A stretch of DNA of 64,000 bases, from positions 124,001-188,000 of the forward strand of contig NIVC01001913.1 in the NCBI GenBank assembly GCA_002269645.1, written 5' to 3'. Positions within the stretch are counted from its first letter, which is position 1; every line of letters starts with the position of its first letter. This document shows, in pieces, positions 1-12,000 of this stretch. The stretch is from Macrostomum lignano. Lineage: Eukaryota. The notes under the pieces are model-generated. The model was not told the origin of the DNA. It ran no database searches and saw only the letters and a program-made list of their open reading frames with translations. The position numbers and the translations under genes are program-made.

Positions 1-54
1 CTGACTGCCGCCACCCACTCCCCACCCGAGAGTTGCCCCCCCCAGCTCCCTCAC

Positions 55-3000
55 AACGATCCGGTCCCTCAAGCCGGCTGCTGCCAGTCTCTCGACACCG
101 CAGCCGCCGCCGCGTAGTAGAGCGGCCGAGTCGGCCATAGCTGGGCCGCCCGCCTCTGCCGCCAGGCTATTCAGCGCCTCGCTGATCAGCGCCTGCCCAC
201 GTTGCCACCGTTGAAGCTCGGACTGCAAGCCAGAATGGCACAGCCTGCTCCCAGTTACTGGCAAGGTCAACTTTCGTACTTGAACTAATCGATCTTCGAT
301 CGCAAATACTCACGGAGAATCCGGAGCCCGGTTCTAGCGGCACTGCGTCAACTATTGTTGCATTAACGCCCGACAGCATGTGCTGGGCTATGTGGCTTCG
401 GTAGTAGCTCACGTTTACCTGTTGGAATTGATTTTGAGGGAGGTGGTTGGCGGAGTGAGGTGGTTGGCAGAGTGAGGTGGTTGTTGGAGTGAGGTGGTTG
501 GCGGAGTGAGGTGGTGGCTGAGTAAGGTGGTGGCTGAGTGAGGTGGTGGCTGAGTGAGGTGGTGGCTGAGTGAGGTGGTGGCTGAGTGAGGTGGTGGCTG
601 AGTGAGGTGGTGGCTGAGTGAGGTGGTGGCTGAGTGAGGTGGTGGCTGAGTGAGGTGGTTGGCGGAGTGAGGTGGTTGGCAGAGTGAGGTGGTTGGCGGA
701 GTGAGGTGGTTGGCGGAGTGAGGTGGTGGCGGAGTGAGGTGGTTGGCGGAGTGAGGTGGTGGCGGAGTGAGGTGGTGGCGGAGTGAGGTGGTTGTTGGAG
801 TGAGGTGGTGGCTGAGTGAGATGGTTGTTGGAGTGAGGTGGTTGGCTGAGTGGGCGGTTAAAAGGTTGATGCTGCCTGCGGTGTCAAATGACCCGTAAAG
901 CTTACCGACCCGATGTACAAGTAGCTGTACTGCGGTCCAGTACACCTGGCGATTTCAGCCTGTCAAAGTGAATTTATTATTCGCAATAAATTATAAATTA
1001 TTTATTGAAATATACTGTCTCGTTAATCATAATTGACCATTCGGCGAAATATACAACTAGTCTAATCATATCATTTGACAACCTACTAGGGATAGAATAT
1101 CCCGGAAGTTCCTGTCCGAAGCATCCACCAGGATATTGTTCAGATTGGCGTCCTTGATCCAGCGTAGCGCGCTGAGCGTCTCGTTCCGTTTGGCCGGGTT
1201 GTAAAGGCGAAAATAGACAGGTCTATAAGCTCTGTTTAGCAGGGTGACGTACTTGGCCAGGTCTGCGGGGTTAGATTCATGCAGAGGTTGGAGAAGTTAA
1301 GCAAAGTTGGGCGCGGTTAGTAAAAGTATGTGACTCAATAAATAATGCTCGTCGAACTAAAATTGAGACAGGCACATTTGATTACCGAGGCTGCTCACCA
1401 GCGGCAACTCACCCGCATTGAAATCGTGCAGCACCACAAATGAAGTCCATTCCAGCCAGCCAACAGCTTGGCTGAGCAGTTCCCCTAGCAACAGTTGGCT
1501 GGGATAGAACTCCACAGAGTTGCCGCTCCACTCTGCCGGCAGGCGTTCGAGCTGCGGCGATGCTGACGTAAGGATGCACGACAGGCCGCCGCGGCTGCAG
1601 GCCTGGCGAGTGGCCGGATGGTGGCCGGACACCAACAGTGACAGAGGCATTGCCGACGGGTTGGAGAGCTCGGTGCACACTGCCGGGTGGTTTTGAGGAG
1701 GAAGGGGGCACCGGATGGCGCGAAAGCTTGGGGAATTGGGGACTAAGTGCAGGGGAATTGGGACACAAATCTTTGGGGAATGGGAAATTAATCTTGGGGT
1801 ATTGGGACACTAAGCTTGGGGGTATTAGGACACTAAGCTTGGGGGGTATTGGGACACTAAGCTTGAGGGTATTGGGACACTAAGCTTGGGGTATTGGGAC
1901 AGTAAGCTTGGGGGTATTGGGACACTAAGCTTGGGGGTATTGGGACACTAAGCTTGGGGGTATTGGGACACTAAGCTTGGGGTATTGGGACACTAATCTT
2001 GGGTATTGGGGCACTAATCTTGGGTATTGGGGCAATAATCTTGGGGGTATTGGGACACTAACTTGGGGGTATTGGGACACTAATCTTGGGTATCGGGGCA
2101 CTCACTTGGGGACACTAATGCTGCATGAAATGTTACACCAGTGTGGACAGCTCAGTCGGCCGCCTTGCTTTCTCACCGTTCCTTGTCGCCGCAGCCTCGT
2201 CTAGCGGCAATTCCCAGACTCCGCGAGCAATCACCGCAGCGTCACTTTGGTGCCCTGTGAATTGTATGGAGATATTCACTAATACCGATGGTACAATGTT
2301 TCTAAATTAGTTAGCATATTCTACATTTCATGAAAATTTCACGAAAAGCTCACAGGCGTGGTAAGTCCACCTGATCGAGTCCTGCTGAACAGGCTGGCTT
2401 CTGTGCAGCTGCGGCAGCAGAAAGAAAATCAAAAACCAGCTGACCGAAGCTGCCATGGTCAATCGGCAGTCCTGCTAGAGCTCAGCTTACCTGGCTTGGA
2501 TCAGTCTCGGGTTACAATCAGATATGCAAGCCGCTGACTGAGAGCAGGTGCACCGCCCCCTCCCGCAGCATCAGCTCTGACTGGATGGGAGGCTCGGTGC
2601 CATGAAACTCGGTCTCTTAGGGACGAATCTGACTTGTCTGCACCCAGCTAAGATAGCTTGAGCTCAAGCATTTACTGAGCTTAATTAGTAATTTGTTTGA
2701 TTCTTTATTGAGTTGTACGGAGCTTAATTATTGATTTGTTTGATTCTTTATCGATTGAGTTGTACGGAGCTTAATTAATGATTTGTTTGATTCTTTATCG
2801 ATTGAGTTGTACGGAGCTTAATTAATGATTTGTTTGATTCTTTATCGATTGAGTTGTACGGAGCTTAATTAATGATTTGTTTGATTCTTTATCGATTGAG
2901 TTGTACGGAGGTTAATTATTGATTTGTTTGATTCTTCATCGATTGAGTTGTACGGAGCTTCATTATTGATTTGTTTGATTCTTCATCGATTGAGTTGTAC

Positions 3001-6000
3001 AGAGCTTAAGTATTGATTTGTTTGATTCTTCATCGATTGAGTTGTACAGAGCTTAAGTATTGATTTGTTTGATTCTTCATCGATTGAGTTGTACAGAGCT
3101 AATTAATGATTTGTTTGATTCTTCATCGATTGAGTTGAACGGAGCTCCATTATTGATTTTGTTTGCAGGAAATTGAATCGGCCTGAATTAGTAGAAAATG
3201 TGCGTTCAATCCAGATTTCTATCTTGAGTCGTCCGTGGATCCGTCCATGAAGTAAGAGTCAAGAGTCTCAAGAAGGTCTAGCTGTCCTTTTCCCAGGCAA
3301 ACCTGCTTCCCAGATCAAATACCATTAGAAACTAACGCTCTCCTCTTTTTTTCTTGACTTTATGTTTACCTTATATGCTCGTATATCACTTCATGAGTAT
3401 GAATTAGCGCTAGGAATTTATTGTACACTTCCCAACAGGAAGGAATTGCTTCAATAGAAAAAGGCCTCCTCTTTCAGCCTCGATGACCTAAAATTCAATG
3501 GATAAATATGAGCGTATATCCGCTCGTGTATGCATGCAAATTATATATTACAGTGATTTCTTGCTAAGAACATTTTAGCAGTGCTTACGGACCACTCTGC
3601 TGCTCAGAGTTGGCAAGTCAATCAAGGTACAGCTGATGTCACGGTATGCCTGCTCTCCATTGTGTTTGCTTTTCATGTTCTAGCTAGTGTACTTCTCAGA
3701 GTACTGTGTGAGAGGACTTCAACAAGATGTTGCAATCAGTTTTTCCATACAATAGTAATGGCTCTTCTAGCTGCTCTTTGCCAACAAGCTTTCAAGCTCA
3801 TTTTAGTTCATTTTTTCTACATAGATACTCACTGTCTTCACCCTATTTACTGTGGTCGCTCTTGGGTTTTTGATTATTCGATCACAAAAGATATCCTTGA
3901 TTTGAGATTCAATCGTAGGAATATGAGTGCTTGAGAGGGCTGCAGTGACAGTGACAGTGATAGTGACAGTGACAGTGACAGTGACAGTGACAGTGACAGT
4001 GACAGTGACAGTGACAGTGACAGTGACAGTGACAGTGACAGTGACAGTGACAGTGACAGTGACAGTGACAGCGACAGTGACAGTGACAGTGACAGTGACA
4101 GTGACAGTGACAGTGACAGTGACAGTGACAGTGACAGTGACAGTGACAGTGACAGTGACAGTGACAGTGACAGTGACAGTGACAGTGACAGTGACAGTGA
4201 CAGTAACAGTGACAGTGATAGTGATAGTAACAGTGACAGTGACAGTGATAGTGACAGTGACACTGGCAGTAACAGTGACAGTGATAGTGATAGTGACAGT
4301 GACAGTGACAGTGACAGTGACAGTGACAGTGACAGTGACAGTGACAGTGACAGTGACAGTGACAGTGACAGCGACAGTGACAGTGACAGTGACAGTGACA
4401 GTGACAGTGACAGTGACAGTGACAGTGACAGTGACAGTGACAGTGACAGTGACAGTGACAGTGACAGTGACAGTGACAGTGACAGTGACAGTGACAGTGA
4501 CAGTGACAGTAACAGTGACAGTGATAGTGATAGTGACAGTGACAGTGACAGTGACAGTGACAGTGACAGTGACAGTGACAGTGACAGTGACAGTGACAGT
4601 GACAGTGACAGTGACAGTGACAGTGACAGTGACAGTGACAGTGACAGTGACAGTGACAGTGACAGTGACAGTGACAGTGACTTTGTTGCTTCGTAGCTTA
4701 GGAGGCAGAGCGCATTTGACTCTCGCGCCCAAGGCCCTTGGTTCGATTCCGTGAGCGGTCACATTCAGTTGGGGCTGGTGTGCACGAAAATTGGCCGGGC
4801 AGGTTTTCGTGCGATTCACAGCCATGTGGGCCAACACTCAAGGCACAGAGAGTGTACATGCCTGACGATTAGAAAGTCAGGGCCGCTGTACACCCTGTGT
4901 GAGCGTGCATGAGTGCGTGCCTGAGTACAGTATTGGCGCGCTCGCATGTGCTCAGGGGTCAGCGGAACTTTGAACTTGGCTTATCCCAACAAAAAAACTT
5001 TTTCGCACATCCGCCGAGTAGCCTACTAATAGGTAGTTATGAGTAGTCAGTATAGATTGCGATTTTAATACCGAATTCGTGGGAAACGATTCGCAGGAGT
5101 AAACAGGAAATCTGGGACGTTAGCAGTAATTATAATTTTTAGCAGAAGCGAGAAAAACAAAGAAGCAGTATCAGCAAAAAAGCAAGAAAGATGCTGTTTC
5201 TTTTCTTTTTGTTTCGCTTGCTGTGTGTTGATTGACTGGAGTTCGGCAGTGCTCGTAGCTGGCTTAAAAGCCCTTTATATGAGAAGCAAGGGGTTGTAGC
5301 CTTGTGGTCAGAGCGTCGGACTCACGACTTAAAGGTCGGGGGTTCGTTTCCCAGTCCCACTGGAACAATTTGTGTCCTTGAGCACAACACGCTTAACTTG
5401 CTTCTTTTCACCCAGCTGTAAAATGGGTGCCAACATTAGCTGGGGTAATTGAGGGTGTGTGTGGCGACCACCCAGTCATTGGACTGAACAGCCGTACGCC
5501 TTCAGATGCGCCGCGCAATAGCTGCGGCTGAGCTGTCGGTTGCATCTCTGGCCCAATTGGGAGCAGGCGTAATCAATTATTATTATTATATCAAAAGAAA
5601 AGTTACTATCACTGTTCCTGTCACTGTCACTGTCACTGTCACTGTCACTGTCACTGTCACTATCACTGTCACTGTCACTGTCACTGTTACTGTCACTGTC
5701 ACTGTCACTGTCACTGTCACTGTCACTGTTACTGTCACTGTCACTGTCCCTGTCACTGTCACTGTCACTGTCACTGTCACTGTCACTGTCACTGTCACTG
5801 TCACTATCACTGTCACAGTCACTGTCACAGTCACACTCCCTGTCACTGTCACTGTCACAGTCACACTCCCTGTCACTGTCACTGTCACAGTCACACTCCC
5901 TGTCACTGTCACTGTCACAGTCACACTCCCTGTCACTGTCACTATCACTGTCACTGTCAAAAGTAAAGCCAAATCATATTCCATTACTTTACCACGAAAG

Positions 6001-6048
6001 AATGACGAATAAGGCCACCCGTGCGAAGAAGCTCACCGATTGCGTCAT
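55..6048 (-). CDS. Ionotropic glutamate receptor-like (non-NMDA/kainate-type) gene, 5' part: signal peptide plus amino-terminal (LIVBP-like) domain; continues beyond the left edge
   Basis: Manually joined minus-strand exons 6048-5993, 3632-3589, 3409-3370, 2400-2354, 2254-2177, 1679-1413, 1262-1087, 959-906, 418-314 and 222-55. All introns are GT-AG, phases are consistent and the total is 1035 nt open. The N-terminus [19 protein letters not shown] is signal-peptide-like. [54 protein letters not shown] and MLSGVNAT parallel kainate receptor ATD motifs (NLYPDY..L...W..ATVVYD; YHFIFTTL; YSGVNLT). The small 5' exons and the last exon are less certain. The family call rests on remembered similarity. 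Confidence 0.7.
432..853. repeat. 16-17 bp minisatellite (AGGTGGTGGCTGAGTG) filling an iGluR intron
   Basis: Direct tandem copies, about 25 units. Confidence 0.95.
1087..1262 (-). CDS. iGluR-like ATD exon (missed by the ORF track)
   Basis: cag|AC CTG...CTA|gtaggt; encodes [59 protein letters not shown]. Confidence 0.8.
1413..1679 (-). CDS. iGluR-like ATD exon
   Basis: cag|TG...GCG G|gtgagt; encodes VCTELSNP...[32 protein letters not shown]; phase matches both neighbouring exons. Confidence 0.8.
1785..2117. repeat. About 23 bp G-rich minisatellite (GGGGTATTGGGACACTAAGCTTG), intronic
   Basis: Period 23 (for example 1921, 1944, 1967). Confidence 0.95.
2693..3160. repeat. 47-bp minisatellite, about 10 copies, intronic
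   Basis: GATTGAGTTGTACGGAGCTTAATTATTGATTTGTTTGATTCTTTATC, period 47. Confidence 0.95.
3942..4682 (+). repeat. (CAGTGA)n hexamer microsatellite
   Basis: About 123 units; variants gtgata and gtaaca. Confidence 0.98.
4688..4975 (+). mobile_element. tRNA-derived SINE-like element
   Basis: A box TAGCTTAGGAGG and B box GGTTCGATTCC with a degenerate cloverleaf; the body (4795-4970) is shared with copies at about 41022-41125 (minus) and about 56968-57062 (plus). Confidence 0.6.
5291..5590 (+). mobile_element. tRNA-derived SINE with CORE-like central domain and (ATT)n tail
   Basis: A box TAGCCTTGTGG and B box GGTTCGTTTCCC; then TTGTGTCCTTGAGCACAACACGCTTAAC...CACCCAGCTGTAAAATGGG, resembling the CORE-SINE motif (TGACCTTGGGCAAGTCACTTAAC...CTGTAAAATGGG); ends in aattattattattat. 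Confidence 0.75.
5603..5959 (-). repeat. (TCACTG)n hexamer, the inverted counterpart of 3942-4682
   Basis: Reverse complement of the CAGTGA array, with the same variant types plus a local 30-bp sub-period. Confidence 0.98.
5993..6048 (-). CDS. iGluR-like exon 1 (signal peptide)
   Basis: ATG at 6048-6046, [18 protein letters not shown], donor TG|gtaaag (phase 2). Confidence 0.55.
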
Positions 6049-6476
6049 AAACTCTTAATCTTGGATTATCGGCGCTGCATCGGTCTCAAGTTTTTTCAAC
6101 CTGTCTAAGAATGGATCTTAGATTTTTGGATTTTTTAACTGTCATTTTCGTTATTCAATAGTGTGTGCTTAATTTATGTATGTTGAAAGCGAATTTGACA
6201 ATCGAATTAACATACTAATTGGATCGCTGGTTTAGGTAGCCGTTCTGCTATTGATTAGTTCCCTGGTCAGGCGTGAACAAGGTCGAGAATTAGGATTGTG
6301 GCTTTCGGGTGAAATTCATCTGCAACTTTTTAAACGGTTTAATCGCTGGTGCTCGCGGAGTGACATAAGGTTACATCGAACGTGTCTAATTCAACCCAGT
6401 TGGGGTCACTGATGGGTACTGTTGGGTCACTGAAGAGAAGCTGTTGGGGTCACTGAGATGGATTTGTTGATGGCAC

Positions 6477-7677
6477 TGAACATAAGCTACAGCTAGGGCA
6501 CTGAGCATAAGCTACAGTAAGGGCACTGAGCATAAGCTACAGTGAGGGCACTGAGCATAAGCTACAGTAATGGCACTGAGCATAAGCTACAGTTAGGGCA
6601 CTGAGCATAAGCTACAGTAAGGGCACTGAGCATAAGCTACAGTTAGGGCACTGAGCATAAGCTACAGTAAGGGCACTGAGCATAAGCTACAGTAAGGGCA
6701 CTGAGCATAAGCTACAGTTAGGGCACTGAGCATAAGCTACAGTTAGGGCACTGAGCATAAGCTACAGTTAGGGCACTGAGCATAAGCTACAGTAATGGCA
6801 CTGAGCATAAGCTACAGTTAGGGCACTGAGCATAAGCTACAGTAAGGGCACTGAGCATAAGCTACAGTAAGGGCACTGAGCATAAGCTACAGTTAGGGCA
6901 CTGAGCATAAGCTACAGTAATGGCACTGAGCATAAGCTACAGTTAGGGCACTGAGCATAAGCTACAGTAAGGGCACTGAGCATAAGCTACAGCTAGGGCA
7001 CTGAGCATAAGCTACAGTAAGGGCACTGAGCATAAGCTACAGTGAGGGCACTGAGCATAAGCTACAGTAATGGCACTGAGCATAAGCTACAGTAAGGGCA
7101 CTGAGCATAAGCTACAGTAAGGGCACTGAGCATAAGCTACAGTAAGGGCACTGAGCATAAGCTACAGTAAGGGCACTGAGCATAAGCTACAGTAATGGCA
7201 CTGAGCATAAGCTACAGTAAGGGCACTGAGCATAAGCTACAGTAAGGGCACTGAGCATAAGCTACAGTAAGGGCACTGAGCATAAGCTACAGTAAGGGCA
7301 CTGAGCATAAGCTACAGTAAGGGCACTGAGCATAAGCTACAGTTAGGGCACTGAGCATAAGCTACAGTAAGGGCACTGAGCATAAGCTACAGTTAGGGCA
7401 CTGAGCATAAGCTACAGTAAGGGCACTGAGCATAAGCTACAGTTAGGGCACTGAGCATAAGCTACAGTAATGGCACTGAGCATAAGCTACAGTTAGGGCA
7501 CTGAGCATAAGCTACAGTAAGGGCACTGAGCATAAGCTACAGTTAGGGCACTGAGCATAAGCTACAGTAATGGCACTGAGCATAAGCTACAGTTAGGGCA
7601 CTGAGCATAAGCTACAGTAAGGGCACTGAGCATAAGCTACAGTAAGGGCACTGAGCATAAGCTACAGTTAGGGCACT
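6477..7677. repeat. 25-bp minisatellite (CTGAGCATAAGCTACAGTAAGGGCA), about 48 copies, between the divergent iGluR and Lmx1 starts
   Basis: Period 25 (6601, 6626, 6651); degenerate precursor-like units at 6400-6480. Confidence 0.98.
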
Positions 7678-7936
7678 AAGAAGGAGCTGTCAGTGATAGG
7701 ATGGCAACTGGAATCCCATCGGAACACACGCATCATTTCGCATCTGAACAGCAAATATCGTAGGCTATTCCAGTGCAGTAAATATTGTACAAGCTTTAAA
7801 TATGTCTCACTCCCTGCATGTTGAATACTCAGTATAAGCGTATGATTCGACTCACTCGCTCTCGCTTTTAAAGTTGCCCACTCAACCGCCTGTCAATCAA
7901 TTAATTGTCGAGATAAAAAGCAGGCACTGCAACAAC

Positions 7937-8008
<72 letters not shown>
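7937..8008. repeat. (CT)n microsatellite
   Basis: Pure dinucleotide run. Confidence 0.98.
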
Positions 8009-8011
<3 letters not shown>

Positions 8012-8549
8012 CGAATCTCCATCTCCCAACCTGGAATTAACTGGACACGCTTTCGAATACATATCGAACAACTCGTCCCATTCTGTGCAGGCACAGAATC
8101 TGTCTATTGTCTCTCTTCATTTCTACGAATTTTGCTCCTTGCTTTTCAACGCCTTTCTTAGAGAGTCTTCAAGTTCCGAACGATCTCAGCAGGGGGGGGG
8201 GAGGGGCGGAGGCTGCAGTCCGCTCGCTCCGCCTAAACTAGCCAAGTCGAACGCCTCATCAATATACTCGAAAGTGAGAGTAATCTAGAGTTAGGTCTCC
8301 ACTAGATAGAAGAGATTGTCACACTGTTTAGTGTTAAAATTAGCTAAGCCTACAAGGAAGCCTATATGATTTAAACAGTTGGTTCGTAGAGAGCCCCGGG
8401 TTTAAAAAAATCTCCTTATTTTGCAACGAAAGCATCGGCTGAGTTGCACTGGGTTCGCGCTCTCGCTGACCAGCAGGGGGCGAGGGGTGTTAAGCAGAGC
8501 ACAGCTCAGACTATGGCCACTCCGGCCACTGACTGCGGTGGGCCCGACC

Positions 8550-8690
8550 CGGCTCCGCCCCGCCGAGAGCTCGACCGAGACAACTTAACAGCGAAGCTCC
8601 CTATGACAAGACACGGGGGTTGTTGGACAGCTCTCTCTCTCTCTCTCGCCCTCCCTCGGCCACCCAATGAGCAACGGCGGGCCAATAGTT
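8550..8690 (+). promoter_or_regulatory. Candidate Lmx1 proximal promoter
   Basis: GC box-like ctccgccccg near 8553, CT repeat, and two CCAAT boxes (8664, 8682) about 200-340 bp upstream of the ATG. Confidence 0.3.
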
Positions 8691-8891
8691 GAGGACTCAG
8701 GCCCCCGGTGGCTCGGGATTGGCCCCGCGTCTACTGCCGCATCGCGTCTCCCAAGCAGTCGCCCCGCCGGCGGACTTAAGAGAAGCTCCAAACTGTGTGG
8801 AAAAATCTGCCATTTAAATCCCAGCACACAGTAGCACTCGCTGCTCTTAGCAAAGCCGTCTCTGCTAATCTCCAACCCTGGGCAACTAACA

Positions 8892-9061
8892 ATGGAGATC
8901 TGCGCGGGCTGCAACTCTAGCATAGAGGACAAATACCTGCTAAAGATTCGAACCGAGTCATGGCATGAGCAGTGCGTCGCCTGCTCTGTGTGCGGCTGCC
9001 ACCTGCAGGAGAGCTGCTATGTCCGGGACAATGTGCTGTACTGCCGCTACGACTATGCCAA
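8892..9061 (+). CDS. Lmx1: Lmx1 coding exon 1 (LIM domain 1); absent from the ORF track
   Basis: MEICAGCNSSIEDKYLLKIRTESWHEQCVACSVCGCHLQESCYVRDNVLYCRYDYAK, donor AA|gtgaga; in-frame stop upstream at 8832. Confidence 0.92.
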
Positions 9062-12000
9062 GTGAGACTGGTGTTTGAGTTAATTTGTTTACATGATTGA
9101 TTCTTTAATGCTTTTCAATTTTTTCTGTTGAATAAACCTATTCAATTGAATCCAATTTCGGATTTTAAAAGCATCAATAAGATTCTAAGAAACGGTTCCC
9201 GCATACAAATCCCAACGGTGCGCCTTGGATCCTAAACGGTGCCCCACAAAAGTCATAAACGGCGCCTTCCACACAAATCATAAACGGCGCCCTCTACACA
9301 AGTCATAAACGGCGCCTTCCACACAAATCATAAACGGCGCCCTCTACACAAGTCATAAACGGCGCCTTCCACACGAGTCATAAACGGCGCCCTCCATAGA
9401 AGTCATAAGCGGCGCCCTCTACACAAGTCATAAACGGTGCCCCAAAAAAGTCATGAACGGAGCCCCACAAAAGTCATAAACGGCGCCCTACACAAAAGTC
9501 ATAAACGGCGCCCTCTACACAAGTCATAAACGGTTACCCACAAAATTCATAAACGGTTACCCACACAAGTCATAAACGGCGCCTTCCACACAAGTCATAA
9601 ACGGCGCCCTCCACACGTCATAAACGGCGCCCTCCACAGAAGTCATAAACGGCGCCCTCTACACAAGTCATAAACGGTGACCCACAAAATTCATAAACGG
9701 CGCCCCACAAAAGTCATAAACGGCGCCCTCCACAAGTCATAAACGACGCCCTACACAAGTCATAACGGCGCCCTCCACACAGATCCAAAGATGCGCTCCT
9801 CAGAGCTTTAGAGTCCTACTCGCAGGCTAAAAAATGAAATTTTCCCCATATCATAACCCGCATCACATCCTACACCAATTAAGGAAATAATTATATCTGC
9901 TAAAGATTAAATCACACGATCGCGAGATCCTCAGTCCATCGCAAGCTTTTCCTGGTCCTGTTGCAGAAAATTTGCAATATCTGTTTCAGATTTGCATCAC
10001 TGCCAGTTTTATTGTTAAGTGTCCCCGCCCCGGCTTTAAGGGTCCTTGTCGCTGCCACTAAGCCACTGGGATTTCAGTCAGCTCGCAGATTCTCCCACTG
10101 TAAGCGTAGTTGATGAAATTCTGCACCAAGTGTGGACAATAACCCCAAACCCAGCTTCTCCGACTCCATCAACCGAGATTCATCATCCGCTCATTCTGCC
10201 AAGCTTGTCCGCCTGATCGAATGCTGACTGGCAGTTTTGGAAGTTGGAATTTATTAAAAAATTCCTACAGCATGTTGGGAGTCGTATCGGGACTGAAGTG
10301 TGTTGCTGCTGTGTGTGTTTGCCAAATACTCTTCCGCCCAGCTAAGATTTCTTGCGCGTGAAGAAAAAAGTGAATAATTCCTTGATCTTGACCAGAGCGG
10401 GGGAAAGACTTTCTCGGATGGAGCTGTCGAGTGGAGCAAGTGGAATTCGGCGGGGGCCTTGATGAGCCGGCCATCCTGCAGTCTCCAGTATTTGCTTGGC
10501 GGGGGGGGGGGGTTGAAAGGAGGACTGACTCGCTCGACTGGGCGGCCAATTTCGAGCGCTTGAATTCCGATTCGATCAAAACCGAGCTCAAAGTTTTATA
10601 ATCCATCGGTTTCAGATTCGCTGCGCATATGCTTGGCTATATGCGCCGTAAGTGAAGCTGACTAAATGCCTCATGAATGTCACTATGCTCATAATCACTC
10701 CGCTACAAGGCCACTCCAGTCTGCAGTCTGTGTCAGGGGTCAGGAGGTGGGGGCTCCTCGTCATCCAGATTTTCTCAGCCTCTTCGTTTTGCCCTCTGGG
10801 AAGAGGTGCAGAAGGAGGAGGTGGTGGCCAGTCACATTGTAAATCAATATTTAAGCCCAAGAGGAGTCGGTAAGGTAAGGCAGCAGCGTTATCGACTCCT
10901 TGAGGTATTTGTCCGCTAATCATGTCTCTCTGGGAGAGTCAATACTGCTAATCTGAGTCCCTATTTATCCAGCCCCTGTTCAAACACTATATAGGGCTGC
11001 TCATGGAACTTGTGTTATCTGTGAGTACACTATTTATACATGTTCATACATGCACACACACCATCAGAATTATGACCGCTAATTGGAGTTGAAATCCCAA
11101 TCTTTAAAGAATTCCCCAGGCATATCAGCCGCTGATCCCGTGCCCTTTAACCCTTCAGACGGAATGTCAAGTCAGCATCTGTTCTCCTTGACAGCTTTGA
11201 AGAAGAAGCAATAAAAAAATTGGAGAGAGAAGTTGAAAAATGCCGCATTAAATATGCATTAACTGAACCCTGACTTTCGAGAGGAAAGAGTAATGCTTTC
11301 CATTGTTGTTAATCGGTGCCTTCTCAACTGCGCTTTGTTGCCAGCCAAACGTCTTTTCCCCAGTTTGTTTTTTTGTGATTTTTTTCTGTTTCAAAATCGG
11401 CAGCGCTGAGCAAAGAGCCATGTATTGGCAGGTCTGCTTGGTGTGACTTGGGGTCTCAGGGGTCCCAGGGGGGCCCTAACCCCTGGTCCAGTAACCATGC
11501 AAAATTTTCTATGAACTGCTCGAACGCGCCCCTCCCTGCATATGGTTAATATTTCATGGCTGCCAACCGAGGCACCCCATGCTGTGTAGAGAACACTTAA
11601 CTTGGGCCCTAGCATAGGGGGGGGGGGGTGGAAGCTTAGGGACGCTCGGCTTCTGGGGGACACTTTCACTTGAGACTCTGGAACAATGGACAGAAGAAGA
11701 GAATATGGAAAATACTGTGGAACTGGAATTGGAAGCATTGGCGCTGCCTTCGAGCTCGACCGACGCTTCTATCGTGTTGCTTGCTTCTCTCTGTTTGAAG
11801 CAGAGCAGAGAAATTTGACTCTCTGCGGGCGTCCCCAGCGCCCCACCCCATCCCCCATTCGGGACTGCACCGTCTGCACAGAGCCGCGCCTGGCTTTGAC
11901 ATCTTGACGCTCCTCTTGAGTGGCAGCTGTTGGCTGTGCTGCCTCATCAAATCCCACCCAGCCCCCCTGACTCTTGAGAGCGCATCAGTCCCCGCTCTTG

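Noticed and set aside
2488-2560. Additional iGluR exon with a strong minus-strand donor at 2488
   Set aside because: It is not needed: the 3370-3409 exon joins 2400 in phase with better ATD-like sequence. It could be an alternative or cryptic exon.
4688-5360. Functional tRNA genes at 4688 and 5291
   Set aside because: A and B boxes are present but the anticodon, T and acceptor stems are broken and the sequence continues into SINE body; these are treated as SINE heads.
3803-6012. (VT)n and (SL)n ORFs
   Set aside because: Translations of the hexamer microsatellites.
10612-10923. GQIPQG resembling the reverse-transcriptase GVPQG motif
   Set aside because: No other RT motifs (such as YADD) are seen in frame; likely chance.
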